A stretch of DNA of 61,911 nucleotides from Ignavibacteria bacterium CG1_02_37_35 (GTDB lineage Bacteria; Bacteroidota; Ignavibacteria; Ignavibacteriales; Ignavibacteriaceae): the NCBI GenBank assembly GCA_001871325.1, contig MNVA01000238.1, positions 1-61,911 of the forward strand. Direction: 5' to 3'. The notes under the pieces were generated by a model that had not been told where the DNA came from, did no database searches, and worked only from the letters and a program-made list of their open reading frames with translations. The stretch's first letter is position 1. Each line of letters opens with the position of its first letter. A program made the position numbers and the translations under genes. Shown here one piece after another: positions 47,749 to 57,024 of the stretch.

Positions 47749-49185
47749 ATGAACATTTTAGCCCCGGAAATTTTTGCAAAAACGAAAATACTCGCCACTC
47801 TTGGTCCCGCAACTTCTTCAACAGAAATGATCAAAGCTATGATGGGAGTGGGCGTTGATGGTGTACGTCTTAATTTTTCGCATGGTGAATACTCTTCGTT
47901 CGAGGAGATTTTTAACAATATTAATCAAGCATGCGTTGAAACAAAACAACCGCTCGCCACGCTTTTAGATCTCCAGGGACCCAAAATCCGGATCGGAAAA
48001 TTAAAAGAAGCTTTTTATGAAATTGTTTCCGGTGATGAACTTGAAATAACCATTGAGGATGTTTTGGGAACAAAAGAAAAAGTTTCAACATCTTACAAAC
48101 TGCTTGCACAGGATGCGCAGCTCAATGATATCATTTTAATTGATGACGGTCTGCTTCGCTTGCAAATAAAAAAGAAAACCGGCTCATCCGTGCTTTGCAA
48201 AATTTTAAACGGCGGAATATTAAAACCGAAAAAGGGGATGAACCTTCCCGGAATGAAACTTTCAACACCTTCAATTACTGAGAAGGATTTTAAGGATCTC
48301 GAATTTGCACTTCAGTTTCGGGTTGATTTTATTGCTCTTTCTTTCGTTCGTCAAGCAGACGATATTTATCAACTAAAAAAATGGTTGAACGGGAAGGGGA
48401 AAACCATTCCCATAATTGCAAAAATCGAAAAAAAAGAAGCTGTTGATAATTTGGAGGAAATTTTAAAAGCATCGGATGGAATAATGGTAGCCCGGGGAGA
48501 TCTAGGGGTTGAACTAGAACCGCAGGAGGTTCCGCTTGTTCAAAAAAATATCATCCGCAGATGCAATGAAATCGGCAAAATCGTTATTACGGCAACGCAA
48601 ATGCTGGAGTCAATGATAACTAATCCTGTTCCCACACGTGCGGAAGCTTCCGATGTTGCAAATGCCGTCTGGGATGGAACTGATGTTGTTATGCTCAGCG
48701 GCGAAACTTCTGTTGGTAAATACCCGGTTAAAGCAGTTGAAATAATGAATAAAATTATTTTAAATGCCGAAAAGTTTGTTCCCCCAAAACAGTTGAATTA
48801 CTTGATCCCTGAAAATATTAAAGAAAATCTTTTCGATTCGATGAACCAGGGTATTGTTTCAATGAGCCGTCAAATTCATGCAGACGCCATTGTCGGGTTT
48901 ACTTCTAAAGGGAAAACACCCCGCGGACTTTCTAAATACAGACCCGCATGTAAAATCATAGCTCTATCAGATAGTTTTGAAACTATGAACACGCTTTGTT
49001 TAACTTGGGGTGTTACTTCTCTTTACTGTGAAGAAATTGAACAAAAGGAAGTCGCCATATTTCTTGCAAGAAAATTAATTCTGGAAACAAAACTTGTTGA
49101 ACCCGGCAACACCATTATCTTCACCGCCGGGGGAGCTAAAGCTGAAAAAACCCGTGAAAATTGGATCCGCTTTGAAGAAGTTTAA
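47749..49185 (+). CDS. pyk: Pyruvate kinase
   Basis: KILATLGPA, GVDGVRLNFSHG, MVARGDLGVE motifs. Confidence 0.95.
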   Translation: MNILAPEIFAKTKILATLGPATSSTEMIKAMMGVGVDGVRLNFSHGEYSSFEEIFNNINQACVETKQPLATLLDLQGPKIRIGKLKEAFYEIVSGDELEITIEDVLGTKEKVSTSYKLLAQDAQLNDIILIDDGLLRLQIKKKTGSSVLCKILNGGILKPKKGMNLPGMKLSTPSITEKDFKDLEFALQFRVDFIALSFVRQADDIYQLKKWLNGKGKTIPIIAKIEKKEAVDNLEEILKASDGIMVARGDLGVELEPQEVPLVQKNIIRRCNEIGKIVITATQMLESMITNPVPTRAEASDVANAVWDGTDVVMLSGETSVGKYPVKAVEIMNKIILNAEKFVPPKQLNYLIPENIKENLFDSMNQGIVSMSRQIHADAIVGFTSKGKTPRGLSKYRPACKIIALSDSFETMNTLCLTWGVTSLYCEEIEQKEVAIFLARKLILETKLVEPGNTIIFTAGGAKAEKTRENWIRFEEV

Positions 49186-49466
49186 CCGAAGCGGGATAAA
49201 CCTTGCGGAAGGTGTGGTAAACCAGAAATCATAAAAAATAATTTCTAAGTCACCTTACGCAGAATTTGTAATACGAAGCGGTAGCTTCGTAAAAAACAAG
49301 CATTTTATCGAAGCTTCGCTTCGATTTACAATATAATTTCTCACTTTTGCGTAACGTGAATTTCTAAATAATTTTGGGAGAATGTTTGAATGAATGAACA
49401 AATAACATTCATTCGTTTTGATTCAGTCATTCTATCGTTATCTTTGTCTCGTTACTATTCTGCCAA
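49183..49466 (+). repeat. Intergenic repeat module B, copy 2 (interrupted by a 111-bp insertion)
   Basis: Begins on the pyk stop codon (TAACC...). Collinear with 44615-44782 apart from the 49249-49359 insert. Confidence 0.8.
49249..49359. mobile_element. MITE-like palindromic insertion
   Basis: Terminal inverted repeats TCACCTTACGCA (49250-61) / TGCGTAACGTGA (49348-59), 11/12 matched. Flanked by direct ATTTCTAA (49241-48 and 49360-67). Absent from the paralogous B copy at ~44660-44685. Confidence 0.6.
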
Positions 49467-49473
49467 TTGCCGG

Positions 49474-49530
49474 GGTGAATTATTCGATATTCAATTATCG
49501 TGAACATGTTAACAATAGTGATTCACTAAG
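49474..49530 (-). repeat. Inverted copy of repeat unit A (3' two-thirds)
   Basis: The reverse complement CTTAGTGAATCACTATTGTTAACATGTTCACGATAATTGAATATCGAATAATTCACC aligns to 237-292. Confidence 0.8.
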
Positions 49531-49607
49531 CGCCCAACTGCATTTGCTAATTTGTTAGAGAATGTTTTCACCTATAACTTGCTTTTAAAATTTAGAAAGA
49601 AATCACA

Positions 49608-50531
49608 ATGACCATACCTCCATCAAAAGTTGTAAATATTATAGGTTTTCCTGTTGACCTAGGCGCCGGGAGACGCGGCGTTGATATGGGACCTTCCGCT
49701 ATGCGCATCAGTCATATCTCAGAGCGGCTACAACGTTTAGGCTATCAGATAATTGACGATGGAAATATTCAAATTGAAATTATCGAACGGCAAATAGTCG
49801 GTAACCCTCAAATGAAATATTTAAAAGAAATTTTAAAACGATCGGAAATTCTTGCAAAGAAAGTTGAAAAAAGTTTATCGGAAGGGAATTTCCCTTTAGT
49901 CCTTGGCGGAGATCACTCAATGTCTATCGGCTCTGTAGCCGGTATTGCTTCTTTTTGCAAGAAAAATAATTTACGTCTCGGCGTAATATGGATTGACGCA
50001 CACACAGATATGAATACGGACGAAACTTCTCCCTCGGGAAATATTCATGGAATGCCTTTAGCCGCACTCCTGGGTCTGGGAAATAAAAGTCTCACTCACT
50101 TTTATGGATTTGCTCCAAAAGTTAAACCCGAAAACTGTGTTGTCATCGGGGCAAGAAGTATTGATCTCTTAGAAAGAAAAAATATTCAACAAATCGGTTT
50201 AAAAGTTTATACGATGGCTGACGTTGATAAAATTGGAATCCACCGGATTATTTCACGCGTACTGAAGCAATTTAAAAAAAGCGTAGATCATATTCATATT
50301 AGTTTTGATGTTGATAGCGTTGATCCATCTGTTGCCCCCGGGGTCGGAACCCCTGTTCCGGGCGGATTAAGCTACCGAGAAACTCATTTATTAATGGAGG
50401 CTATTGCCGAATGTGGGTGTATGTCTTCGTTGGAAATAACGGAAGTAAATCCGATACTTGACCATAAAAATCAAACCGCTCTCTTTGCTGCAGAAGTTGT
50501 TGCTTCAAGTATGGGACAAAGAATTTTATAA
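49608..50531 (+). CDS. Arginase
   Basis: GGDHSMSIG, IWIDAHTDMNT, SFDVDSVDP...GTPVPGGLSYRE manganese-ligand motifs. Confidence 0.9.
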   Translation: MTIPPSKVVNIIGFPVDLGAGRRGVDMGPSAMRISHISERLQRLGYQIIDDGNIQIEIIERQIVGNPQMKYLKEILKRSEILAKKVEKSLSEGNFPLVLGGDHSMSIGSVAGIASFCKKNNLRLGVIWIDAHTDMNTDETSPSGNIHGMPLAALLGLGNKSLTHFYGFAPKVKPENCVVIGARSIDLLERKNIQQIGLKVYTMADVDKIGIHRIISRVLKQFKKSVDHIHISFDVDSVDPSVAPGVGTPVPGGLSYRETHLLMEAIAECGCMSSLEITEVNPILDHKNQTALFAAEVVASSMGQRIL

Positions 50532-50542
50532 GCGGCACAACC

Positions 50543-51067
50543 ATGAAATTCCCAAATCAACTCGTTAAATACGCGTTTCTTTTTTTTCTTCTTCCTATAT
50601 TTCTACAAATCTTCGGATTCATAGATGTTTCATTCTTCTCGATGGTTGCCTTCATAACTTTCTTTGTCGGGTTAACAATATTTTATTATTCGTTTGGAAC
50701 AAAAAATTTTCTCGCGGTATTTTTCAGTTCGGTAATCTTTTTAACCGGTGTTTTAACCTTTCTTGTGCAATCGTTTTTTATCGAACTTACTTTCCCATTA
50801 ATAATTGCGGGCGTGGTTTATATAACAGGTTTTTCTTTGTTCATGGTTTTTATTGAAGAAGTAAAGAGAAAAAAAGTTTTGTATGCAGCAGGACTGTTAA
50901 TTTTTACAGCTACACTAGTAAGTTTATTCGCAGGAAATTTACAATTTAAAAGTTTCTTCTCATCTCTTACTGAAGTTTTAAAAGAATATTGGCTTCTCTT
51001 AATAATAGCTTTAGTTACCGTCCTTCTGCTCTATCTTGAACAACAGCAATCAAAAAAGGGGCATTAG
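50543..51067 (+). CDS. Integral membrane protein of unknown function
   Basis: 174 aa, 5 hydrophobic segments, no recognised motif. Confidence 0.55.
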   Translation: MKFPNQLVKYAFLFFLLPIFLQIFGFIDVSFFSMVAFITFFVGLTIFYYSFGTKNFLAVFFSSVIFLTGVLTFLVQSFFIELTFPLIIAGVVYITGFSLFMVFIEEVKRKKVLYAAGLLIFTATLVSLFAGNLQFKSFFSSLTEVLKEYWLLLIIALVTVLLLYLEQQQSKKGH

Positions 51068-52407
51068 AAATCAATCTGTCCGGCTAAATAAACATCCTTC
51101 GAAGGTTTTACTCCCCCGGTTGAAATTTCTTCGGTAATAAGAAAAGTTGTTTGACCGCTTAAATTTAAATTACTGAAATTTGTAACAGGAAAATATTGCT
51201 TAGAAGCAGTAACCTCGTACATACCTGAAGATAAATTTTGTTTGTTTGAGATCACCCATAGCTGGTATACTTTATCGCTGGAGAGGACAGGAAGATTAAC
51301 TACCTGCAGCATTGCATTTCTTGTAACAGAATCGAACAATAATTTACCGTATGCGCCTGCAGCTTTTGGGGTGCTCTTTAAGGCTACCATCTGCAAATTG
51401 ATTGAAGCAAGGAGCTCGTCAACCTCTTTTGTGCTTGATAATTCACTCTTCAAGCCATGCACGATAGTCTCATATTTCGCAGATTGTCTTTCCGTAGCAA
51501 TTTTAAAATTGCTCGACAGGTAATAATAAACAATTGCTATTGCACCCGCCAAAACAATAAACGTTAAAGCAAAAACAAACGGGCTAACGCCGGACTTTAC
51601 TTTTTCCACAACCACGGGGGCTTCTTCTTTGTCAGCAGCTGGCTCTTCGATCATCGTTTCTGAAGTGAATGAAGAAAATGCTTCATCTGTTTTAGGCGAA
51701 GATTCGTGGCTTAGTGAATAGTTTGAAAGAGAAGATTCAAACGAAAACTCATCTTTACTTTCGTCAATCTCTTTGTTCCCGCTTTCAATTTCATCAAAAT
51801 TACTTGAGAAACTCGAATCAGATGAACCGGATGAATAAGGTTCTTCTTCTTTTGAATCTTCGTCGGCGCTGAATGGAGAACTGTAATCCGCGGAAGGAGT
51901 GACTTCCTTCTCCGGTTCAAATGTAAAGCTGTCTTTCTCGCTGCTTACGGGTTCAAAATCCGAAGTTTTATTAACGCTCGCTGCCACAGATTCAAACGAT
52001 TCATCAATTGACTGCGGCTCCGGTCCGGTTTTTTCTTCTTCGGAGAGAGGAGAAGAAATTTGTGAGAACAATTTCTGTTCCGGCGTTTCAATTCTTTCAA
52101 ATAAATTTTTATGTTGAGCCGGCGATCCGGGCGGAATAATTTGTGTTGTTCGCTGGGGTCTTTGCTGATCCCTCAAACGATAAAGCTTACGGGCAACCAT
52201 ATCTTTTACCCGCGGCTCGGGGGCTTCAATAGTTAAGAACGAAGGGAGCAGCGCAACCAGGTTTTGGTATTCTCCAAGCTCCTGCCACGGATAATCCTGG
52301 TTGCTTTTAAAATATTCCATCATCAAATCATAATCCTCGCGCTCTAGGCATCCAAGCGCAAAGGCATGTAAAAGGGAAGCAAAATCTTGTCCGGTTCCGG
52401 TATTCAT
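51064..52407 (-). CDS. Anti-sigma factor (RskA-like C-terminal domain) with a long acidic Ser/Glu/Asp-rich linker
   Basis: 1-nt overlap (TAATG) with the upstream ECF sigma gene, single TM, C-terminal ...KVYQLWVISNK... pattern. Confidence 0.65.
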   Translation of the reverse strand: MNTGTGQDFASLLHAFALGCLEREDYDLMMEYFKSNQDYPWQELGEYQNLVALLPSFLTIEAPEPRVKDMVARKLYRLRDQQRPQRTTQIIPPGSPAQHKNLFERIETPEQKLFSQISSPLSEEEKTGPEPQSIDESFESVAASVNKTSDFEPVSSEKDSFTFEPEKEVTPSADYSSPFSADEDSKEEEPYSSGSSDSSFSSNFDEIESGNKEIDESKDEFSFESSLSNYSLSHESSPKTDEAFSSFTSETMIEEPAADKEEAPVVVEKVKSGVSPFVFALTFIVLAGAIAIVYYYLSSNFKIATERQSAKYETIVHGLKSELSSTKEVDELLASINLQMVALKSTPKAAGAYGKLLFDSVTRNAMLQVVNLPVLSSDKVYQLWVISNKQNLSSGMYEVTASKQYFPVTNFSNLNLSGQTTFLITEEISTGGVKPSKDVYLAGQIDF

Positions 52408-52988
52408 TATTCTCCTCCCTTTAATAAATTTTCTTTCAAGTTGGAGAGTGCAATTTTCATTTTAGATTTAACGGTCTGTGGAGGGATGCGTAAATGCTGC
52501 GCTATTTCACCTTGTGTCTGCCCCTCGTAATAACCAAGAAAGAGAACATACTTTTGGGCGTCTGTTAATTTGTTCAATGCTTTTTCGATGTTATCCTTAA
52601 TGCTGATCGCCGTTTTCAGGTCAAGGTCATCAATTTGAGGAGAAAGACGCGGAACGATGTAAAAGTTTTCGTAATCGTCATCGTAAGCATCGGGAACCAG
52701 ATTCTTGCTTCGCCGAACGGAATCAATGGCTTTGTTTCTTGCAACTGTGATAAGCCAGGTATAGACGTCACCGTTTTTGATGTCGTAATAATTTATTTTC
52801 CGCCAGATAATTACAAAGACATCTATTAAAACATCTTCCGAAACTTGTAAATCACCGACGATCTTTTTTATCAGCGTATAAAGTATCGGTGAATAGCGAT
52901 TATATAATGTTTCTAAAGCGCGCGAATCGTAATTCGCTATACGCTTCATTATCTCCGCATCAGTTAAACTTGTCAATTGCTCAGCCAA
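52407..52988 (-). CDS. ECF-type RNA polymerase sigma factor
   Basis: Region 2 (DVFVIIWRK..YD....VYTWLITVARNKAID) and region 4 (GQTQGEIAQHLRIPPQTVKSKM). TTG start with GGAG upstream. Confidence 0.85.
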   Translation of the reverse strand: MAEQLTSLTDAEIMKRIANYDSRALETLYNRYSPILYTLIKKIVGDLQVSEDVLIDVFVIIWRKINYYDIKNGDVYTWLITVARNKAIDSVRRSKNLVPDAYDDDYENFYIVPRLSPQIDDLDLKTAISIKDNIEKALNKLTDAQKYVLFLGYYEGQTQGEIAQHLRIPPQTVKSKMKIALSNLKENLLKGGE

Positions 52989-53076
52989 TGGATTTTCTCC
53001 TTTCTCATTATCAATTGCAAAACTAAGACGAATGTTTCAAAAAAGCAATGAAAGTAGTTGAAGAAATCATCTTTTG

Positions 53077-53508
53077 TTAATTTAAGCCTAATAAATAATC
53101 AGCGATCTTTCCCAAGTCTTTTACGTCTTTATTTCCGTATGCAGGCATTACGATGTTCTTAAATTTACCTTTGTATTCCTTAAAACGATCTTGTTCCATA
53201 TAGTCGTTCGGACTGCGTAAATAATTTATCAACTTATCCCTATCGTAAAATGCGCTTAAACCAACTAACGCCGGCGCCATGTTTGTCCCTTTCAGATCAA
53301 CACCGTGGCAGGTAATGCAGTTAAATTGCTTTGCCAACACTTCACCGGTTGCATTGGATGAAGCCATTGTTTCATTAGGTTGGCTTTGCGACTCGCCCAT
53401 CCCCATACTTGGTGATGAGCCATATTCAGTTCCCGCTAATTTTTGTAGAAAAAATAGAATGACGAATATTCCTAAAAAAGCTGCGCTCCAGATTTGTGTT
53501 TTTGTCAT
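53077..53508 (-). CDS. Membrane-anchored c-type cytochrome
   Basis: CITCHG haem-binding motif and a downstream Met ligand region. Confidence 0.8.
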   Translation of the reverse strand: MTKTQIWSAAFLGIFVILFFLQKLAGTEYGSSPSMGMGESQSQPNETMASSNATGEVLAKQFNCITCHGVDLKGTNMAPALVGLSAFYDRDKLINYLRSPNDYMEQDRFKEYKGKFKNIVMPAYGNKDVKDLGKIADYLLGLN

Positions 53509-53560
53509 TGACCTTCCGAGTTATAAAAATTTGATGTCTTAAGTTAAAAAATAATTTCCT

Positions 53561-55081
53561 CTATTCTGAGTCAATTACCTTGTCATAGTAAGATTTAAAA
53601 GATTTGATTGCACTAACGATTGAACGGGCAAGCTGCAGCTGTCCTTTTTCGCTTTTGATGAAGCTCGCATCTTGAGGGTTAGAAACATATCCTGTTTCAA
53701 TCAATACACTTGGCATTGAAGCACCTACCAAAACGTAAAAGCCCGCTTGTTTAACGCCCCGCGGTGTAAGTGCCAGATTTTGTTTGAACTGCCGGTGAAC
53801 CATATCCGCAAACTTTTCCGAATATTTCATTGAAGCGCTGTGCGCCATACTAACAAGAATAAAATTTTCATCTGTCAATTTCTGATAACGCGTTGGGTCG
53901 TCCTCGTACTCAATTACTTTGTTTTCACGCTCGGCAATACCGATAGCTTCTTCTGTCCTTCCCGGACGGAGAAGGTAAACTTCAAATCCATTTGGATCCC
54001 TTTTTTTCTTCGGTGCGGCGTTGCAATGAATTGAAATAAAAAGTTTACCGTTGTTTTCATTTGCAATTTTTCCGCGTTTATACAATTCAACAAAATGATC
54101 ATCCTTTCGGGTATAAACTACTTTTACATCCGTTAAATTTTCATTTATCAGTTTGCCGACTTTAAGAGCAATTGCGAGATTTATTTCCTTTTCAACCGTA
54201 TTATTAATACCGATTGCACCGTAATCTTTTCCGCCATGCCCGGCATCAAGAACGATAACGTCAAAATTCCATTTCTCTTTTTTTAACCCGGAAATTGCGG
54301 CAAATTTTTTATTATGAATGGTGACGAGAAATTCCTTACCGGGAACTTCTTCAATAAACTCGTAAGCGGAATAATTTTTTCGAAGCGATAATGAGAGGTT
54401 GCTTCCATTTTCTGTGTTGATAGCCTTAACAGTTTTAACTAACCCGGTTTGAAAAGTCTTATCAAGTTTCTTCTCGTCAAGAGAAACATCCGGAAAAGTG
54501 ATTTTAATGATGTCGCCGGAAATTGTGTGTGTCACTTTACTTACTTTTTTACTTGAAAGGATTTTCACCAGTGTTCCGTTCGCTTTCTCGCTTACCGAAA
54601 CACTAACCGCGCTTAATTCCGGCGCAGAAATTTCCTTTTCCTCAGTTTTTTTTGGTTCTCCCTTCACTGCCTCTTCTTCAACACGCTTATACGTGATCTT
54701 TCCGCCGATACATTTTTCAAGAATTCCCTGCGCATACTCAAGCGGAAGATAGATCGTGTTTTTCAAGCTAATGGTAGAGACCGGAAACTGCAAAACTTTT
54801 TCTGTTTTCTCTTTTTTCGATCGAAGAATTACGAATGAATTTCTCGGGCGGACTATTAAAACATATTCGGGAAAAGTAATCTCAAGCCGTTGTGAAGCGG
54901 CGTTGGTTTTGTGTTTGAATTGCAATGCGTCGGAAAATGATTCTACCGGCATGTACGTTAATCCGTTTTTGCTGAACGCCACAACTGTTATTTCCTTCCC
55001 CTCATTACTTATTTCAAGTTGATGAAACTGCTGGGAAAAGATTTCCAACGCAAAGAGAAACAAAAATAAACTTGCTTTCAT
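53561..55081 (-). CDS. N-acetylmuramoyl-L-alanine amidase (Amidase_3) with N-terminal extra domains
   Basis: VLDAGHGGKDYGA ... SIHCNA ... ETGYVSN motifs. Confidence 0.85.
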   Translation of the reverse strand: MKASLFLFLFALEIFSQQFHQLEISNEGKEITVVAFSKNGLTYMPVESFSDALQFKHKTNAASQRLEITFPEYVLIVRPRNSFVILRSKKEKTEKVLQFPVSTISLKNTIYLPLEYAQGILEKCIGGKITYKRVEEEAVKGEPKKTEEKEISAPELSAVSVSVSEKANGTLVKILSSKKVSKVTHTISGDIIKITFPDVSLDEKKLDKTFQTGLVKTVKAINTENGSNLSLSLRKNYSAYEFIEEVPGKEFLVTIHNKKFAAISGLKKEKWNFDVIVLDAGHGGKDYGAIGINNTVEKEINLAIALKVGKLINENLTDVKVVYTRKDDHFVELYKRGKIANENNGKLFISIHCNAAPKKKRDPNGFEVYLLRPGRTEEAIGIAERENKVIEYEDDPTRYQKLTDENFILVSMAHSASMKYSEKFADMVHRQFKQNLALTPRGVKQAGFYVLVGASMPSVLIETGYVSNPQDASFIKSEKGQLQLARSIVSAIKSFKSYYDKVIDSE

Positions 55082-55085
55082 TCGG

Positions 55086-55664
55086 TTAGCCTAAAAATGG
55101 GATGAAGAAGCCGGTCTTCTTTTTATAGGCTTCAAAGTCTTCTTTAAAATGTTTTTGTAAAAGAGCATCTTCGCGCTTTGCTCTTAAAAATAAAAAAGGG
55201 ATCTGCACCATCGCCAAAGGAGCAACCAGAAAGCTCAACGTTGCGGCGGCGGCGGCGACCTCAATAATTATTTGCGAAAGATACTGAGGGTGCCGAACAA
55301 CAGCATAAATTCCTTTGGTTACTAATTGATGCTTTTGCAAAACAACAATGTCCTGCGAATAGTTAGTTCCCAATAATTTAAACGACCAGATTTGCACCCA
55401 GGAAAATACAAGATAGAATGTGAGTCCAATTAACCGAATTGTAAAATTGATTTCTTCGTAAGGAAATGTTCCGACTTGAAAAAGTGAAATGATGAGCAAG
55501 ATAAGAGAAATTGTTGCAAGTGTTGTCGGCAATTGCTGCAAATAGGTCTTCGGCTTTTCTTTAACCTTAGTTATAGATGACTTAAACCCCTGTTTTGCCC
55601 CGGAGATATTGGCTCCGAACGTTGCAAGGATATTTATTCCGATGATAATATTTATTGGATCCAT
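55086..55664 (-). CDS. Isoprenylcysteine carboxyl methyltransferase-like membrane protein
   Basis: VVRHPQYLSQ motif; TM-rich. Confidence 0.7.
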   Translation of the reverse strand: MDPINIIIGINILATFGANISGAKQGFKSSITKVKEKPKTYLQQLPTTLATISLILLIISLFQVGTFPYEEINFTIRLIGLTFYLVFSWVQIWSFKLLGTNYSQDIVVLQKHQLVTKGIYAVVRHPQYLSQIIIEVAAAAATLSFLVAPLAMVQIPFLFLRAKREDALLQKHFKEDFEAYKKKTGFFIPFLG

Positions 55665-55722
55665 TTCATTTAGATTTTTTTTTCAAATATAAGGAAAAAG
55701 CAAGACTCCCCTTCAAGAAAAT

Positions 55723-57024
55723 TTATTTTCTAAACTGCGCGCGTAATGTTTCTAAATATTTTTTTTGCACTTCAAATGGAGGAATTTCTTCATCACTTTT
55801 AAAATCAATTTGAACTTCCATTTCTTTTAAAAGTTGATTTAGAGAATCAAACATTGGCTGTAGCGAAAAACCATGGTCGCGAAAGTAATGAATAAACTTT
55901 AACGTTTTGAACCCGTCAAACCAGATACTTTTTTGCTTCTGTAATTGTTCGTCAGTTTTTGTTGTACGTGATATTTCGCTCCACGCTTTTTCAAACTTCT
56001 GCTCTTTTATAAATGCAGGAAGACCCGGATGAATTTTTTCTGCTTTTGCAAGATATTCTTCAACCGTAAGATTGGTTGACAAAAATAATTGCAGCCAATC
56101 TTTCAAGATCATAAATGAATCGAAATTGTAAAGAAGGTATTCGTTCTGTACTTGGCTTAAAAACCGGTTTATCCGTTGCCCCGTTCCGAACGGAACCCGC
56201 CACGATCCGCGTGAAGAAGGAAAAACCACCGCGTTTTTTATTTCACCGATGGAAACATTTTTCGCTAACTTTTCAAGAAAATAAAAATCCTCCGCCGCTT
56301 TTTGTTTGTTCATTCCTTCAATTTTTAGGTAGCTTTCAACATCGCAGATCATTGTAGAGCCGATGGTATGAAACGCATAAGGCGAACCGGCAAATCGCAA
56401 ACTCAATACATAATAGCGGAGAAATATTTCATAGCAACAAATTGCTTCACGGTTTTCCTCCTTCGATAAAGAATGCCGGAACGCTGTTACCGCAGCATGC
56501 AAATTCTCCCGGTTGAACGCTTCATAAATTTCTGTAAAATAGTTCTTAGAAACCGTGCAATCTGCATCGAGACAAACAAGTATTTTTTTCTTTGTGGGTC
56601 CGTAATTATAAAGTGAGAGCGCCGCGTCCATACCTATTTTACGTGCTAATCCTACTCCACCGTTTTTTTCATCCAACTCATTTCCTTCACTCGAGGCGTC
56701 AATAAATCCGACAGAAAAATTGTTTTGTGTTCCTTTCCCGGGCAGATACGACCGCAAAAACTCAAGAGTTTTTTTGTTGTCCGCTTTTACCTCCTCACCG
56801 GAGGATATCAAATTATTAACTACGCAAAGAACAAGAATTTTGTCTGAGCAGGTGTTATCTGCGGCTTCAAGAGAGATAAGTAATCTTTGAATATTTTCAT
56901 ATTCACTTAGAGCGGGAACAACAACGATCAGTTCGAATTGACCGGAAGAGTGCAATTCTAAAGGACGAACTCCGGTTCCATATTTCTCTAAATATTTTTT
57001 TACTTTTACCGGAAGAGCAGGCAT
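55723..57024 (-). CDS. Glycosyltransferase (family-2-like)
   Basis: IVVVPALSEYENI N-terminal beta-strand pattern and CLDADC DxD motif. Confidence 0.65.
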   Translation of the reverse strand: MPALPVKVKKYLEKYGTGVRPLELHSSGQFELIVVVPALSEYENIQRLLISLEAADNTCSDKILVLCVVNNLISSGEEVKADNKKTLEFLRSYLPGKGTQNNFSVGFIDASSEGNELDEKNGGVGLARKIGMDAALSLYNYGPTKKKILVCLDADCTVSKNYFTEIYEAFNRENLHAAVTAFRHSLSKEENREAICCYEIFLRYYVLSLRFAGSPYAFHTIGSTMICDVESYLKIEGMNKQKAAEDFYFLEKLAKNVSIGEIKNAVVFPSSRGSWRVPFGTGQRINRFLSQVQNEYLLYNFDSFMILKDWLQLFLSTNLTVEEYLAKAEKIHPGLPAFIKEQKFEKAWSEISRTTKTDEQLQKQKSIWFDGFKTLKFIHYFRDHGFSLQPMFDSLNQLLKEMEVQIDFKSDEEIPPFEVQKKYLETLRAQFRK

